Made by a program: the position numbers and the translations under genes
Shown: piece after piece, positions 19,263 through 28,096 of the stretch
Numbering within the stretch: the stretch's first letter is position 1
How the letters are laid out: the number at the start of each line of letters is the position of its first letter
The notes under the pieces: generated by a model
Told to the model about the DNA's origin: nothing
What the model saw: only the letters and a program-made list of their open reading frames with translations
The model's database searches: none
NCBI GenBank assembly: GCA_043745805.1
Contig: JAYTSD010000008.1
Span: 97,943-161,942, forward strand
Direction of reading: 5' to 3'
DNA length: 64,000 nucleotides
Source of the DNA: Fibrobacteria bacterium
GTDB taxonomy: Bacteria > Fibrobacterota > Fibrobacteria > UBA11236

Positions 19263-21563
19263 TTAAAAGGTTTTACGCACCCGATGATCCGTTTTTTTCA
19301 CTTCGGTTTGAGAGTTAGGTTCCTTATCGCTATGCGTACTATTATTTTTAAATACATCACCTGCACTCGAAAGATGATTTTCCCGAGAACACGCTTCCGT
19401 AGGTTGATAGCCCTGGATATAATAATCCGTAGTCACTTGCTTGCAAAAGCTTTGTGCCAATAATCCCGAAGTTTGACAAACCGTAGCCTGTACTACACCC
19501 GGAGGCTTTTCAAAACCTTCAAGCTTTAGACCTTTATGGGCATATCGCATGATAGCCAACCAAGTAGGAACCGCATCATCAGCTCCGGTATGCCCCACAC
19601 CTAATGATCGATGATCATCAACACCCACCCAAATCCCAGTAGTATAATGTTTAGTGAATCCAATATACCATGCATCGCTATAATCATTGGTAGTTCCCGT
19701 TTTACCTCCCGAAGGATAATTAAAACCACTGGCCCAAATGGCAGCTGCCGTACCATGAATGTTAACATCCTGTAACATGGAACACATAATCCAAGCGGCT
19801 TCTTTTCGCAAAACCTCTTGGGTAGCAGGAATATTCTGATAAATAAGTCTGCCGTTTTTATCATTAATCCTATCGATAAAATAAGGCATAGGACGCACGC
19901 CCCCATTAGGAAAGGCGGTATAAGCCGAAACCATTTCCATTAAAGTGGCTTCACATGATCCAATACCCAAAGAAGGTACCGCCGGAACATTATGGGCTAA
20001 GCCAAATTTGCGCGCATAGGATACAACGGTATTTAGGCCGTATTTCATGGCCACTTCAATAGCAGGCAAGTTTTTACTTTTGTATAAAGCCCTGCGCATA
20101 GTAATGGGGCCAGAAAAAGAATCGTCATAATTATGCGGTCGCCATACTTGTGTGGAGTCCATCGGATTAGGAATGGTAATCGGTTGATCATTTAACATAT
20201 TACCTGGACTTGCGCCATTATCAATAGCAGTGGAATACACAAAAGGTTTAAAAGAAGATCCTGGAGAACGCAAAGCCTGTAAAGCACGATTGTATTTTGA
20301 GACAACAAAATCTTCACCGCCAATTAAAGCACGCACCGCACCAGTTTCATTCTCTATCACCAACACCGCTGCCTGCGCATGACGGTAACGTAAAGAATCA
20401 GGAAAGCGTTGTTTTTCTTTTCCCGTATCAGCTTGCAAATAAACCGAATCGAAATAGGGATAATATTTATCCCAATGCCGAACTACCGTATCAATATTTT
20501 CTTTGAGCAATTGCGCCATGCCCAAGGTACGCGCTGTGCGATATTTTATTTTCAATTGTATTTTATGCAAGTTAACGGCAAGGGAAGATTCGGCCACCGC
20601 TTGAATTGATGAATCTAATGTAGTGTAAACGCTTACGCCTTGATTATACACAAAATCTTCATTCCATTTTTTTTCCATAAATTGACGAATGGTTTCCATG
20701 TAGTATGCGGAAAATTCATTTGGGGCCTGCCACATCGTAACTGCAATAGGCTCACTCATTGCCTCCTTCATCTGTTGGCGAGTGATAAATCCTTTTGACT
20801 TCATGGCTCCTAATACAGTATTGCGACGATCCTTCGCTAATTCAGGGCTTAAATCCGGTCTATAGGCTTCGGGTCTTTGCAATAAACCCGCAAGCAAAGC
20901 CATTTGACTTAAACTCAACTGTTCTAAGGATTTTGAATAGTAACGTTGAGCAGCGGCTTGAAATCCATAAGCGCCAGCACCCATATAAACTTGATTGAAA
21001 TAAAATTCGAGAATTTCATCCTTGGTATAAGTTTGCTCAATTTTTACGGCTACCATAAGCTCTCTTACTTTGCGTCCTAGCGAACGCTCCGGCGAAAGAA
21101 ACAGATTTTTTGCTAACTGCTGTGTGAGCGTAGACGCACCACGCATACGTTTACCCATTAAAGCAGGGAGTAATGCCGAAGGATAAGCATTTAAATCTAC
21201 GCCCCAATGCTTATAAAAAACCTGGTCTTCAATAGCAAACACGGCTTGTTTTTGTAATTCGGGAATTTTTTCAATCGGTGTCCAAATACGCCTTTGTGTA
21301 TAAAATTCATGTACCAAAGCATGATTTTTATCATAAACCCGGGTAATTAAATTAGGCTCAATACGTTCTAAAATTTCTAAGGAAGGAAGTGTTTTAGAAA
21401 AGTGAAACAATATTCCTACAATGATTATTAAACCCAAAATGCTTAAAGCACTTAATGCTAAAAACCAAAAGGCAATTTGTTTGCGATATGCTTTGGTTTT
21501 TAATCCTGATAGGAGATTTTTCCGCCATTCGGATAAAAAAGTTCGAAAATCAATTTTTACCAT
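19263..21563 (-). CDS. mrcA: Class A penicillin-binding protein (PBP1A-type transglycosylase/transpeptidase)
   Basis: 766 aa with an N-terminal TM segment. GT51 motifs EDQVFYKHWGVD and RGASTLTQQLAKN. Transpeptidase motifs SPGSSFKP (SxxK) and KTGTT. Confidence 0.9.
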   Translation of the reverse strand: MVKIDFRTFLSEWRKNLLSGLKTKAYRKQIAFWFLALSALSILGLIIIVGILFHFSKTLPSLEILERIEPNLITRVYDKNHALVHEFYTQRRIWTPIEKIPELQKQAVFAIEDQVFYKHWGVDLNAYPSALLPALMGKRMRGASTLTQQLAKNLFLSPERSLGRKVRELMVAVKIEQTYTKDEILEFYFNQVYMGAGAYGFQAAAQRYYSKSLEQLSLSQMALLAGLLQRPEAYRPDLSPELAKDRRNTVLGAMKSKGFITRQQMKEAMSEPIAVTMWQAPNEFSAYYMETIRQFMEKKWNEDFVYNQGVSVYTTLDSSIQAVAESSLAVNLHKIQLKIKYRTARTLGMAQLLKENIDTVVRHWDKYYPYFDSVYLQADTGKEKQRFPDSLRYRHAQAAVLVIENETGAVRALIGGEDFVVSKYNRALQALRSPGSSFKPFVYSTAIDNGASPGNMLNDQPITIPNPMDSTQVWRPHNYDDSFSGPITMRRALYKSKNLPAIEVAMKYGLNTVVSYARKFGLAHNVPAVPSLGIGSCEATLMEMVSAYTAFPNGGVRPMPYFIDRINDKNGRLIYQNIPATQEVLRKEAAWIMCSMLQDVNIHGTAAAIWASGFNYPSGGKTGTTNDYSDAWYIGFTKHYTTGIWVGVDDHRSLGVGHTGADDAVPTWLAIMRYAHKGLKLEGFEKPPGVVQATVCQTSGLLAQSFCKQVTTDYYIQGYQPTEACSRENHLSSAGDVFKNNSTHSDKEPNSQTEVKKTDHRVRKTF

Positions 21564-21695
21564 GGTCGGTTAAGATAAAAATTTTCTGTCCTGCCGCTTG
21601 GGATAAAAACAATGCCTAAATTCATTTTCTATTCCTTTTACCCATACAGCAAAACGGCATTGGAAAAGTCATCTTTTTTTATTCTCAAGAAGTAG

Positions 21696-21724
21696 CTGAC
21701 AAAGCAGCTGCGATTATCTATCTT
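21696..21724 (+). promoter_or_regulatory. Candidate sigma-70 promoter of tRNA-Arg
   Basis: CTGACA (-35), a 17-nt spacer, then TATCTT (-10). The -10 ends 11 nt before the mature tRNA 5' end. Confidence 0.35.
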
Positions 21725-21735
21725 AGCCGCCCGTT

Positions 21736-21812
21736 GCGGATGTGGCCAAACTGGATAAGGCATCTGACTACGAATCAGAAGACTCCAGGTTCGACTCCTG
21801 GCATCCGCACCA
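21736..21812 (+). tRNA. tRNA-Arg (anticodon ACG), CCA encoded
   Basis: Hand-folded cloverleaf. Acceptor stem GCGGATG/CATCCGC. Anticodon stem TCTGA/TCAGA with loop CTACGAA. T arm CCAGG-TTCGACT-CCTGG. Discriminator A followed by CCA. Confidence 0.9.
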
Positions 21813-21950
21813 TAAAATTTCCAGCTTTTTCATAATCGTAGTCGCCATTTTAAGCATCCGGCAATACTTACCCTAAAATTTTTATGCGAAAAAAAATCAA
21901 AGTAGCATAAAAACCTTCCCACCAAGCCTCTCAGAAAATATATTCTAGGC

Positions 21951-22280
21951 ATGAGTATAGATACCATAGCTTCCACATTACTAGAAAAATTAAAATCCAT
22001 TGCCCAAACGGAAACGGTAATAGGAAATCCCATTGTCGTAGAAGGAATGACTTTAATTCCAGTTTCTAAAGTTTCCCTAGGCTTTGGTTTAGGTTCGAAT
22101 ACGGGAAAGGGTGAAACCACCGGATCAGGCGGTGGCTTGAGCGTTGAACCCATTGCCTTTATCGCCATATCCGAAGGTCATGCAAAAGTGATTAGCCTCA
22201 CAAGAGACAAAGATGTCTTGGGTAAGGCGATTGATTTAGTGCCCGACGTTTTGGCACTTTTCAAAAAAAACAAAGCCTAA
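21951..22280 (+). CDS. GerW/YtfJ-family protein
   Basis: 109 aa. ETVIGNPIVVEGMTLIPVSKVSLGFGLG...GGGLSVEPIAFIAI matches the YtfJ/GerW pattern. Confidence 0.7.
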   Translation: MSIDTIASTLLEKLKSIAQTETVIGNPIVVEGMTLIPVSKVSLGFGLGSNTGKGETTGSGGGLSVEPIAFIAISEGHAKVISLTRDKDVLGKAIDLVPDVLALFKKNKA

Positions 22281-22300
22281 GTCACCCCCGCAACGTTTAA

Positions 22301-23632
22301 TTAAACTGCCTCCGCCATACGCTTCTTCAAAATAGCACGCACCTGATCCACATCGGGTGCACATTCTTCGATGGCATTAGCGTATTTCGTTTCCATCCCC
22401 GTTAATTCTCGCTTATGATATTGAGTTTTAAATTCCGAAAACTTCAAACCATGAGCTGTAGAAATAACTACCACGCGATCTCTTTTCTGCAAACGCTTTT
22501 CATCCACCATTTGCATTAAGGCGCCTAAAGCCACGCCAGTATGTGGGTCACAATAGAGCCCCGTTCTATCGGCAAAATGCGCGGCATTGGCTAATTGTTC
22601 TTCCGAAACTTCATACACCAAACCATTATATTTTTTCAACGCACGCACGGCTCTGTCGTAACTTACTGGATTCCCTATTTGGATCGCCGAAGCTAAAGTT
22701 TGTTTGGCTTGAATAGGGCGTAGTTTATCAAAACTATTTTTATAGGCCGTATAAAAAGGATTCGCATTGGCTGCCTGAGCCACCACCAGTATGGGTTTTT
22801 TAGTAATCAAACCTAATTCTAACATCATATCAAAGCCGCGACCTAAAGCCGAAACATTTCCCAAATTTCCGCCAGGAATAATAATGTAGTCGGGAACTTC
22901 CCAAGCAAATTGTTGGCAAATTTCAATACTAATGGTTTTCTGACCTTCGATGCGTAAAGAGTTCATAGAATTAGCCAAATAAATATTTCGATCCTTGGTA
23001 ATTTCCTGAACCACTTTCATACAGCCATCAAAATCCGTATCCAAGGAGAGCACAATGGATCCATGAGAAATGGGTTGTATCAATTGCGCCACGGAAATTT
23101 TTCCGCCGGGCAAAAATACAATGGAAGGAATACCCGCTGCCGCACAATAGGCTGCAAGCGCAGCCGAGGTATCACCCGTAGACGCGCAAGCCACCGCTTG
23201 AATAGGAATCCCTTTTTTACGCATATGATTGACTTGAGAAACTAAAACGGTCATGCCTAAATCTTTAAAAGAACCCGTGTGACTATTGCCGCAGAGTTTA
23301 ATCCATAAATCGTCAAGACCTAAATATTTACCTAAGCGTTCAGCAAAAAATAAGTTGGTCCATCCTTCATTCAAAGAAACGATATCTTCCTCGGCAATGC
23401 CAGGCAAAACCCATTCTTTTTTACCCCATATACCCGAAGCAAAAGGCCAAACATGCGTACCACAACGTGATTCAAAAAGTTTTTTCCATTCGGCAGCACT
23501 AAGGGTTTTTAAAGCATTGATATCATGTTCAACCTCTAATAATCCACCATCGGTATCACGATAAATCACTTGATCGAGTGAATAGCTCGCTTCCGAATTA
23601 AACCCTTTAAAACATGCATTATAGCTCGTCAT
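22301..23632 (-). CDS. thrC: Threonine synthase
   Basis: 443 aa. PLP-lysine block [12 protein letters not shown] and full-length ThrC-like layout. Confidence 0.9.
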   Translation of the reverse strand: MTSYNACFKGFNSEASYSLDQVIYRDTDGGLLEVEHDINALKTLSAAEWKKLFESRCGTHVWPFASGIWGKKEWVLPGIAEEDIVSLNEGWTNLFFAERLGKYLGLDDLWIKLCGNSHTGSFKDLGMTVLVSQVNHMRKKGIPIQAVACASTGDTSAALAAYCAAAGIPSIVFLPGGKISVAQLIQPISHGSIVLSLDTDFDGCMKVVQEITKDRNIYLANSMNSLRIEGQKTISIEICQQFAWEVPDYIIIPGGNLGNVSALGRGFDMMLELGLITKKPILVVAQAANANPFYTAYKNSFDKLRPIQAKQTLASAIQIGNPVSYDRAVRALKKYNGLVYEVSEEQLANAAHFADRTGLYCDPHTGVALGALMQMVDEKRLQKRDRVVVISTAHGLKFSEFKTQYHKRELTGMETKYANAIEECAPDVDQVRAILKKRMAEAV

Positions 23633-23825
23633 AAATCCTCATCTCATTTCAATGGGCTAAATGTAAGAAGGCTTGCTCGCTTACACAAATAGATATTACA
23701 GAATCGAAGAGGGTTAACAAGCATAATTTTCTTATATTAATGCCTCGTCTTTAGAAAGTGATCTAAAACACTACCTATAAGTCGAAAAATGAAAAAAAAA
23801 TCAGACTGAATCATCCAGAACGACT

Positions 23826-25631
23826 TTGACCTTAGGAATTCTTTTGCAAACAATTTTCTCCCATTCTATATGCAAACAAGTCTTAGCTTGTACTTTTGCA
23901 TTCGCCCTATTCGGGTGTATTTCGGATGGCCCGAATAAAACCGGCGCCGAATATTTATCCAATCAGGGTATTGTGCTCAAAGATCAACTGCAAAAAATTG
24001 AGTTATCGGATTTCCCATTAGATACAGTTTGGACCTCTGCTAACTCCGTAAATCCCTTTGCAACAGGTGAATTGTTAGTGGGTCATTGGGGGAATTTCAC
24101 CTCCAAAGCGAGAATGGTTTTTGATATAACCGATACCACCCAATTAAATAGCGTTAAAGATAGCGGTGCATTAAGACTATCCTTAGGCTTTAGACAGTAT
24201 TCAAAAAGTAACAGCGCACTATTCAATCCCATAAAAAATTTAGCAGACAGTATAGTAACCTTAAGGGTAACCACTTGGGCCAAGCCCGAAAGCTTAATTG
24301 CCAGTCATCACAGTGATACTTTGCATTATTGGAGTTATCGCTTCATTCGTAAATTAGATACTTTATCTATGCTTCCCTTTACCTCCTCAAGTACCGTTTT
24401 CGACACCATTCAACTTTCCTTAAAACGTTTTAAAGGCGGCACAGACAGCTTACAAGCCGTATTATTGCCAAATTTAAGAAAGCAACTCCTGACGAATTCT
24501 CAACAAATTCATTGGACTTTATTTATGGAAATGGAAGTAATAGACACTTTAAATAAAGTCCCAATGATTCTCCGTCTAAGCAGTGGAAATAATGATGCGG
24601 CCGGTTCCTCACCTCGGCTTTTATTTGGTGAACCCAAAGTGACTACGGAACAAGCAACTGATGCACAAAAACTTTATCCGGCGATATTAGATAATTACCG
24701 AGCCACGACTTATCAATTACAACATTTTGGTAATCAAGAAGTTATGCTTTCAGGGATTACGCAAGGCATGCATTTTTTCTTGAATCGTGACTCCTTAATG
24801 AATCGAATAAAAATGGCTTTCGAAGCCAAAAGCCTGCCCTATTTGGCCGATGATATTAATGCAGAATTTAATAGCAATTATTTTATCCCTTATGCCTCTA
24901 TGCAATTTGCATTTGATTCCGTAAAAATAGAGGATAGTCTAAAATTAGATATGCGTATGATTAGTGATTTGGATTCATCCATTGTACCTAAAGATTTACT
25001 CAGGATTCGTTCCACCAAACGCATAGCCTTAAATGATTCGCTTCGATTTCCAATTTATAATAAGTTCAACAGCTATGAAGCATCTGATACTATTACCGCC
25101 AAATATGAAAAAGTAAAAACCGACTCCAGCTTACGACGCCTTACTTTACTATTAAAAACCGATACGGTATTCAATGATACAGTAATTTTACATTCGGGCA
25201 TCAAGACTCACTTTGCTTTGTCTGCGCAAAGAATTCGAAATTCCGTGATAAATTTTTCAGTCATTCCGTCCAACGATACCGTTGCTATTAGTTGGACCTT
25301 AAATCTCAAAGGTATTATTGAACCCAATGAATACAGTAAAATTGCTACGGATACATTAACAACCTATGGACCACGATATTTATCCGAAGGCAATAACAGC
25401 CAAGTTACCCTGAGAGTAACTAATGGATTACAACGTTTACTTAACCGAACCCAATCGGGAAAAAATATTCAAACTGAATTTTATCTTGAACCGCTTCCAC
25501 TCGCGATAGACCCCACCGCACCCGTAAAAACGAGTTACTCCGTCATGGGCGAAATTCCTATACGACCCGCAATGGGCAAACCCAAAGTAAATATGATTTT
25601 ATATCTCTTTCCGTTGCGGAGGTTGCCATGA
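23826..25631 (+). CDS. Hypothetical lipoprotein
   Basis: 601 aa with a TTG start. Lipobox ALFGC at residues 27-31. No recognised domain. The stop overlaps the next start (ATGA). Confidence 0.6.
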   Translation: MTLGILLQTIFSHSICKQVLACTFAFALFGCISDGPNKTGAEYLSNQGIVLKDQLQKIELSDFPLDTVWTSANSVNPFATGELLVGHWGNFTSKARMVFDITDTTQLNSVKDSGALRLSLGFRQYSKSNSALFNPIKNLADSIVTLRVTTWAKPESLIASHHSDTLHYWSYRFIRKLDTLSMLPFTSSSTVFDTIQLSLKRFKGGTDSLQAVLLPNLRKQLLTNSQQIHWTLFMEMEVIDTLNKVPMILRLSSGNNDAAGSSPRLLFGEPKVTTEQATDAQKLYPAILDNYRATTYQLQHFGNQEVMLSGITQGMHFFLNRDSLMNRIKMAFEAKSLPYLADDINAEFNSNYFIPYASMQFAFDSVKIEDSLKLDMRMISDLDSSIVPKDLLRIRSTKRIALNDSLRFPIYNKFNSYEASDTITAKYEKVKTDSSLRRLTLLLKTDTVFNDTVILHSGIKTHFALSAQRIRNSVINFSVIPSNDTVAISWTLNLKGIIEPNEYSKIATDTLTTYGPRYLSEGNNSQVTLRVTNGLQRLLNRTQSGKNIQTEFYLEPLPLAIDPTAPVKTSYSVMGEIPIRPAMGKPKVNMILYLFPLRRLP

Positions 25632-26824
25632 GATTTTCGGCAACGTTCTCTTTGCTCACGAGCATACTCGCTTTACCTTTAATCAGCCAAGCGGACAGTT
25701 CCCCATTTAGCCTCAAAGGAAATGGTCTTGAATTAAGTCCTTTCTCGGCCCGCGAGCGTGCTATGGGTGATGCCGGTTTATCCCTTAACGCCAAACAAGG
25801 TCAAAGTTTAACGAATGCGTCAAGAACAGCCTTTGTGGAGAAAACATCTTTCACGGCTACCATGGAATCGGATCTCGATTATTTACAAGATAAAGCGACC
25901 TCAAATCGTTTAACATCTTTTGCTATTCCAAGTATTGCTATGGTATTTAAATCCGAATACTTAGGAAGTTTTGGTTTGAGCTATTATGAGCATTTTCAAA
26001 AAAACTTTGAATATGCTCCCCCCGCAAATGACAACAGTGGACTTAAAAGTTTACAAAGCGTACGGGTTGAAGGTGGTATTTATGAACTGTCCGCCTCTTA
26101 TGCCTATGCCATTAACAGCCATTGGGCTTTAGGAGCAACCTACTCTTATTTGCTGGGACGTGAAAGAATAATCAAGACTGCAGAGTTTAGTGGTGATGTC
26201 AATTTAAACGATGCTAAAAAATTAACTGGTGATACGCTTTGGACACATAGCGATGGAAATTTCCCAACCTTGTCTTTAACTTATCGGCATCATTATTTTA
26301 ATTTAGCTGGCTCATTCGCGTTCGCCAGCGACCTTGATCAAGAGCAACGCAAAACTATTAGTACCATGGAAACACCGCCTTCCCAAAAAATGACAGGAAC
26401 CTATCCTTGGTTTGCACATTTGGGCCTTACTTTAAAACTAAAAGAGAATCAAAGTGTTGTATTGGATTATGGCAATTCTGATACCACTTTGAGCAAATAC
26501 GATTGGGCACATTCTGCGCAGCAAGTGGGTTTAGGCTATGAGTTTTTAGGAAAAGGAAATGTCTATGATGCCTATTATAAAAAACTTGCCTATCGCGCGG
26601 GCCTAGGCTATCAAATGCTGCAAGTGGATCAGGTGGATCATTATTTTGTGACTCTTGGAATGGGTTTACCCTTAGGAACTCGAGGAAATATTTTGGATTT
26701 TGCGGTAAAGTATGGTCATCGCGGTTCCGTACAGGATCAAAAAATTTCCGAGAACTATGTTAAAATGTCAATCTCTCTAACCGGAGTAGGAAATTGGGGA
26801 CAAAATCAACGCCGTAAAAATTGA
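25628..26824 (+). CDS. Hypothetical outer-membrane beta-barrel protein
   Basis: 398 aa with a signal peptide (PLISQADS). The N-terminal ARERAMGDAGLSL block resembles FadL/PorV-like barrels. Alternating amphipathic strands with aromatic ends. Assignment is tentative. Confidence 0.55.
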   Translation: MRFSATFSLLTSILALPLISQADSSPFSLKGNGLELSPFSARERAMGDAGLSLNAKQGQSLTNASRTAFVEKTSFTATMESDLDYLQDKATSNRLTSFAIPSIAMVFKSEYLGSFGLSYYEHFQKNFEYAPPANDNSGLKSLQSVRVEGGIYELSASYAYAINSHWALGATYSYLLGRERIIKTAEFSGDVNLNDAKKLTGDTLWTHSDGNFPTLSLTYRHHYFNLAGSFAFASDLDQEQRKTISTMETPPSQKMTGTYPWFAHLGLTLKLKENQSVVLDYGNSDTTLSKYDWAHSAQQVGLGYEFLGKGNVYDAYYKKLAYRAGLGYQMLQVDQVDHYFVTLGMGLPLGTRGNILDFAVKYGHRGSVQDQKISENYVKMSISLTGVGNWGQNQRRKN

Positions 26825-26896
26825 GGCCTAGTATAATAATGATTTAGGGTCTATTATTTAAGAGTAGACTTATGTGATTCAGTGGGGAGACGGCTT

Positions 26897-28096
26897 ATGC
26901 AAAAGAAAAAAGTGCTAAAAAAGGGGCCTAAAAAGGAACTCAAGCCAACTAAAGCAAGCCCCAGCAAATCGTCTTCTACAAATAATATCAAAAACGCAAA
27001 AACAACTTCCAACAAGAAAAACCTCAAGGTAACACCAAAGTTACCTGAAAAAAAAGTTTTAGCGTCCTCCAAAAAAGGAACCGCAAAAAAAAGTCTTAAA
27101 AAAAAGGTCTTAAAAAAACCTATTACAAAGCCTAATTTAGGCTCGATTGCAAAAATGGCAAAGGAAACTGAGGCATCCAAAAAAATACCGAGCAAACAAA
27201 AAACTGTTTCTAACTCGCACTCCAAAAAAATGCTACAACCCGAACAATTCAGTATTTCAATAATTGAGCCAGGTAGCAAAAAAAATAAAACTTTAAGAAC
27301 CAAAAAATTTCCACAAACTCCTGCACAAAAACCCTTTGGATTTCCAGATGAAGCGCCTTCCCTTCCCAGCGAATATGGAATCGATAAATTTGTAATCATG
27401 CCAAAAGATCCCGAATATATTTTCGCCTATTGGGAAATCACCCCTGCTTTATGGAAAAAAAAAGTACAGGAGAAAAATTCTGCGGAAAATTATCGCGAAG
27501 CCGTTAAAATCGATTGGGAAACCAATGACCTTTTTGAAACCAATTTTGTTTTTGTGCCCGTAGAGTTTTCTGCCCGCAAATGGTATTTCAAAATGCCTGA
27601 GCAAAACAAAAACTATCGTTTAGAATTGGGTTGGTTAGGCGCGAATGGACACTTTATTACTTTACTCAACAGTAACGCTTCAGTTACCCCAGAGTCTTGG
27701 GAAACTACACGTAATCATCTAGCCCAAAACCCTGTATTGGCCTATATCACTCAAAGTTTGCCGCATTTAGGAAGCTCCGAGTTTAAACAAAACACAACAC
27801 AATTGGCGTATATCCCTAATTGGAATATGAATTCGGAAACATTTTCCTCTTCATCTTGGGCAAAAAAAAGCCAAACCGATTCCACCAAAGTGGATAAAGG
27901 CGTACAGTTAGAAGTGAAAGGTAAAGTCGCACCAGGAACTCATGTGAATATCGGGAATCAAGAAGTTGAAACCGATGCCAAGGGTAATTTTAAAGTGGTT
28001 TTTCCCGCTACTAAAAATGTACTCAATTTGGAATTAAGCAGTAATAATACCAGCAAGTCCTTCCGTTATGAATTTAAGGAACTCATATTGTTTTGA
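26897..28096 (+). CDS. DUF4912-like protein with about 140-aa Lys-rich N-terminal region
   Basis: The ATG at 26897 is preceded by GGGGAGA. The C-terminal part (EYGIDKFVIMPKDPEYIFAYWEI...) matches the DUF4912 pattern often found beside GH57 genes (from memory). The stop overlaps the GH57 start. Confidence 0.7.
   Translation: MQKKKVLKKGPKKELKPTKASPSKSSSTNNIKNAKTTSNKKNLKVTPKLPEKKVLASSKKGTAKKSLKKKVLKKPITKPNLGSIAKMAKETEASKKIPSKQKTVSNSHSKKMLQPEQFSISIIEPGSKKNKTLRTKKFPQTPAQKPFGFPDEAPSLPSEYGIDKFVIMPKDPEYIFAYWEITPALWKKKVQEKNSAENYREAVKIDWETNDLFETNFVFVPVEFSARKWYFKMPEQNKNYRLELGWLGANGHFITLLNSNASVTPESWETTRNHLAQNPVLAYITQSLPHLGSSEFKQNTTQLAYIPNWNMNSETFSSSSWAKKSQTDSTKVDKGVQLEVKGKVAPGTHVNIGNQEVETDAKGNFKVVFPATKNVLNLELSSNNTSKSFRYEFKELILF

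Noticed and set aside
21736-21812. tRNA-Arg as a possible integration hotspot for a genomic island.
   Set aside because: No integrase, no direct repeat of the tRNA 3' end that I could find by eye, and the downstream genes (GerW-like, thrC) look like core genes.
21830-22168. 112-aa minus-strand ORF next to the tRNA.
   Set aside because: It overlaps the GerW/YtfJ-like gene on the opposite strand, which has a clear family pattern. Its sequence is low complexity.
21951-22280. GerW/YtfJ homologue as a hint of sporulation.
   Set aside because: The family is widespread outside spore formers, no other sporulation genes are present, and envelope genes indicate a diderm.
26854-27399. 181-aa minus-strand ORF, Phe/Leu-rich, which looks like a polytopic membrane protein.
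   Set aside because: It is the antisense shadow of the Lys-rich (AAA/AAG) region of the DUF4912-like gene. Poly-A codons read as poly-Phe on the opposite strand. The plus-strand gene has a Shine-Dalgarno, a recognisable domain and coupling to GH57.
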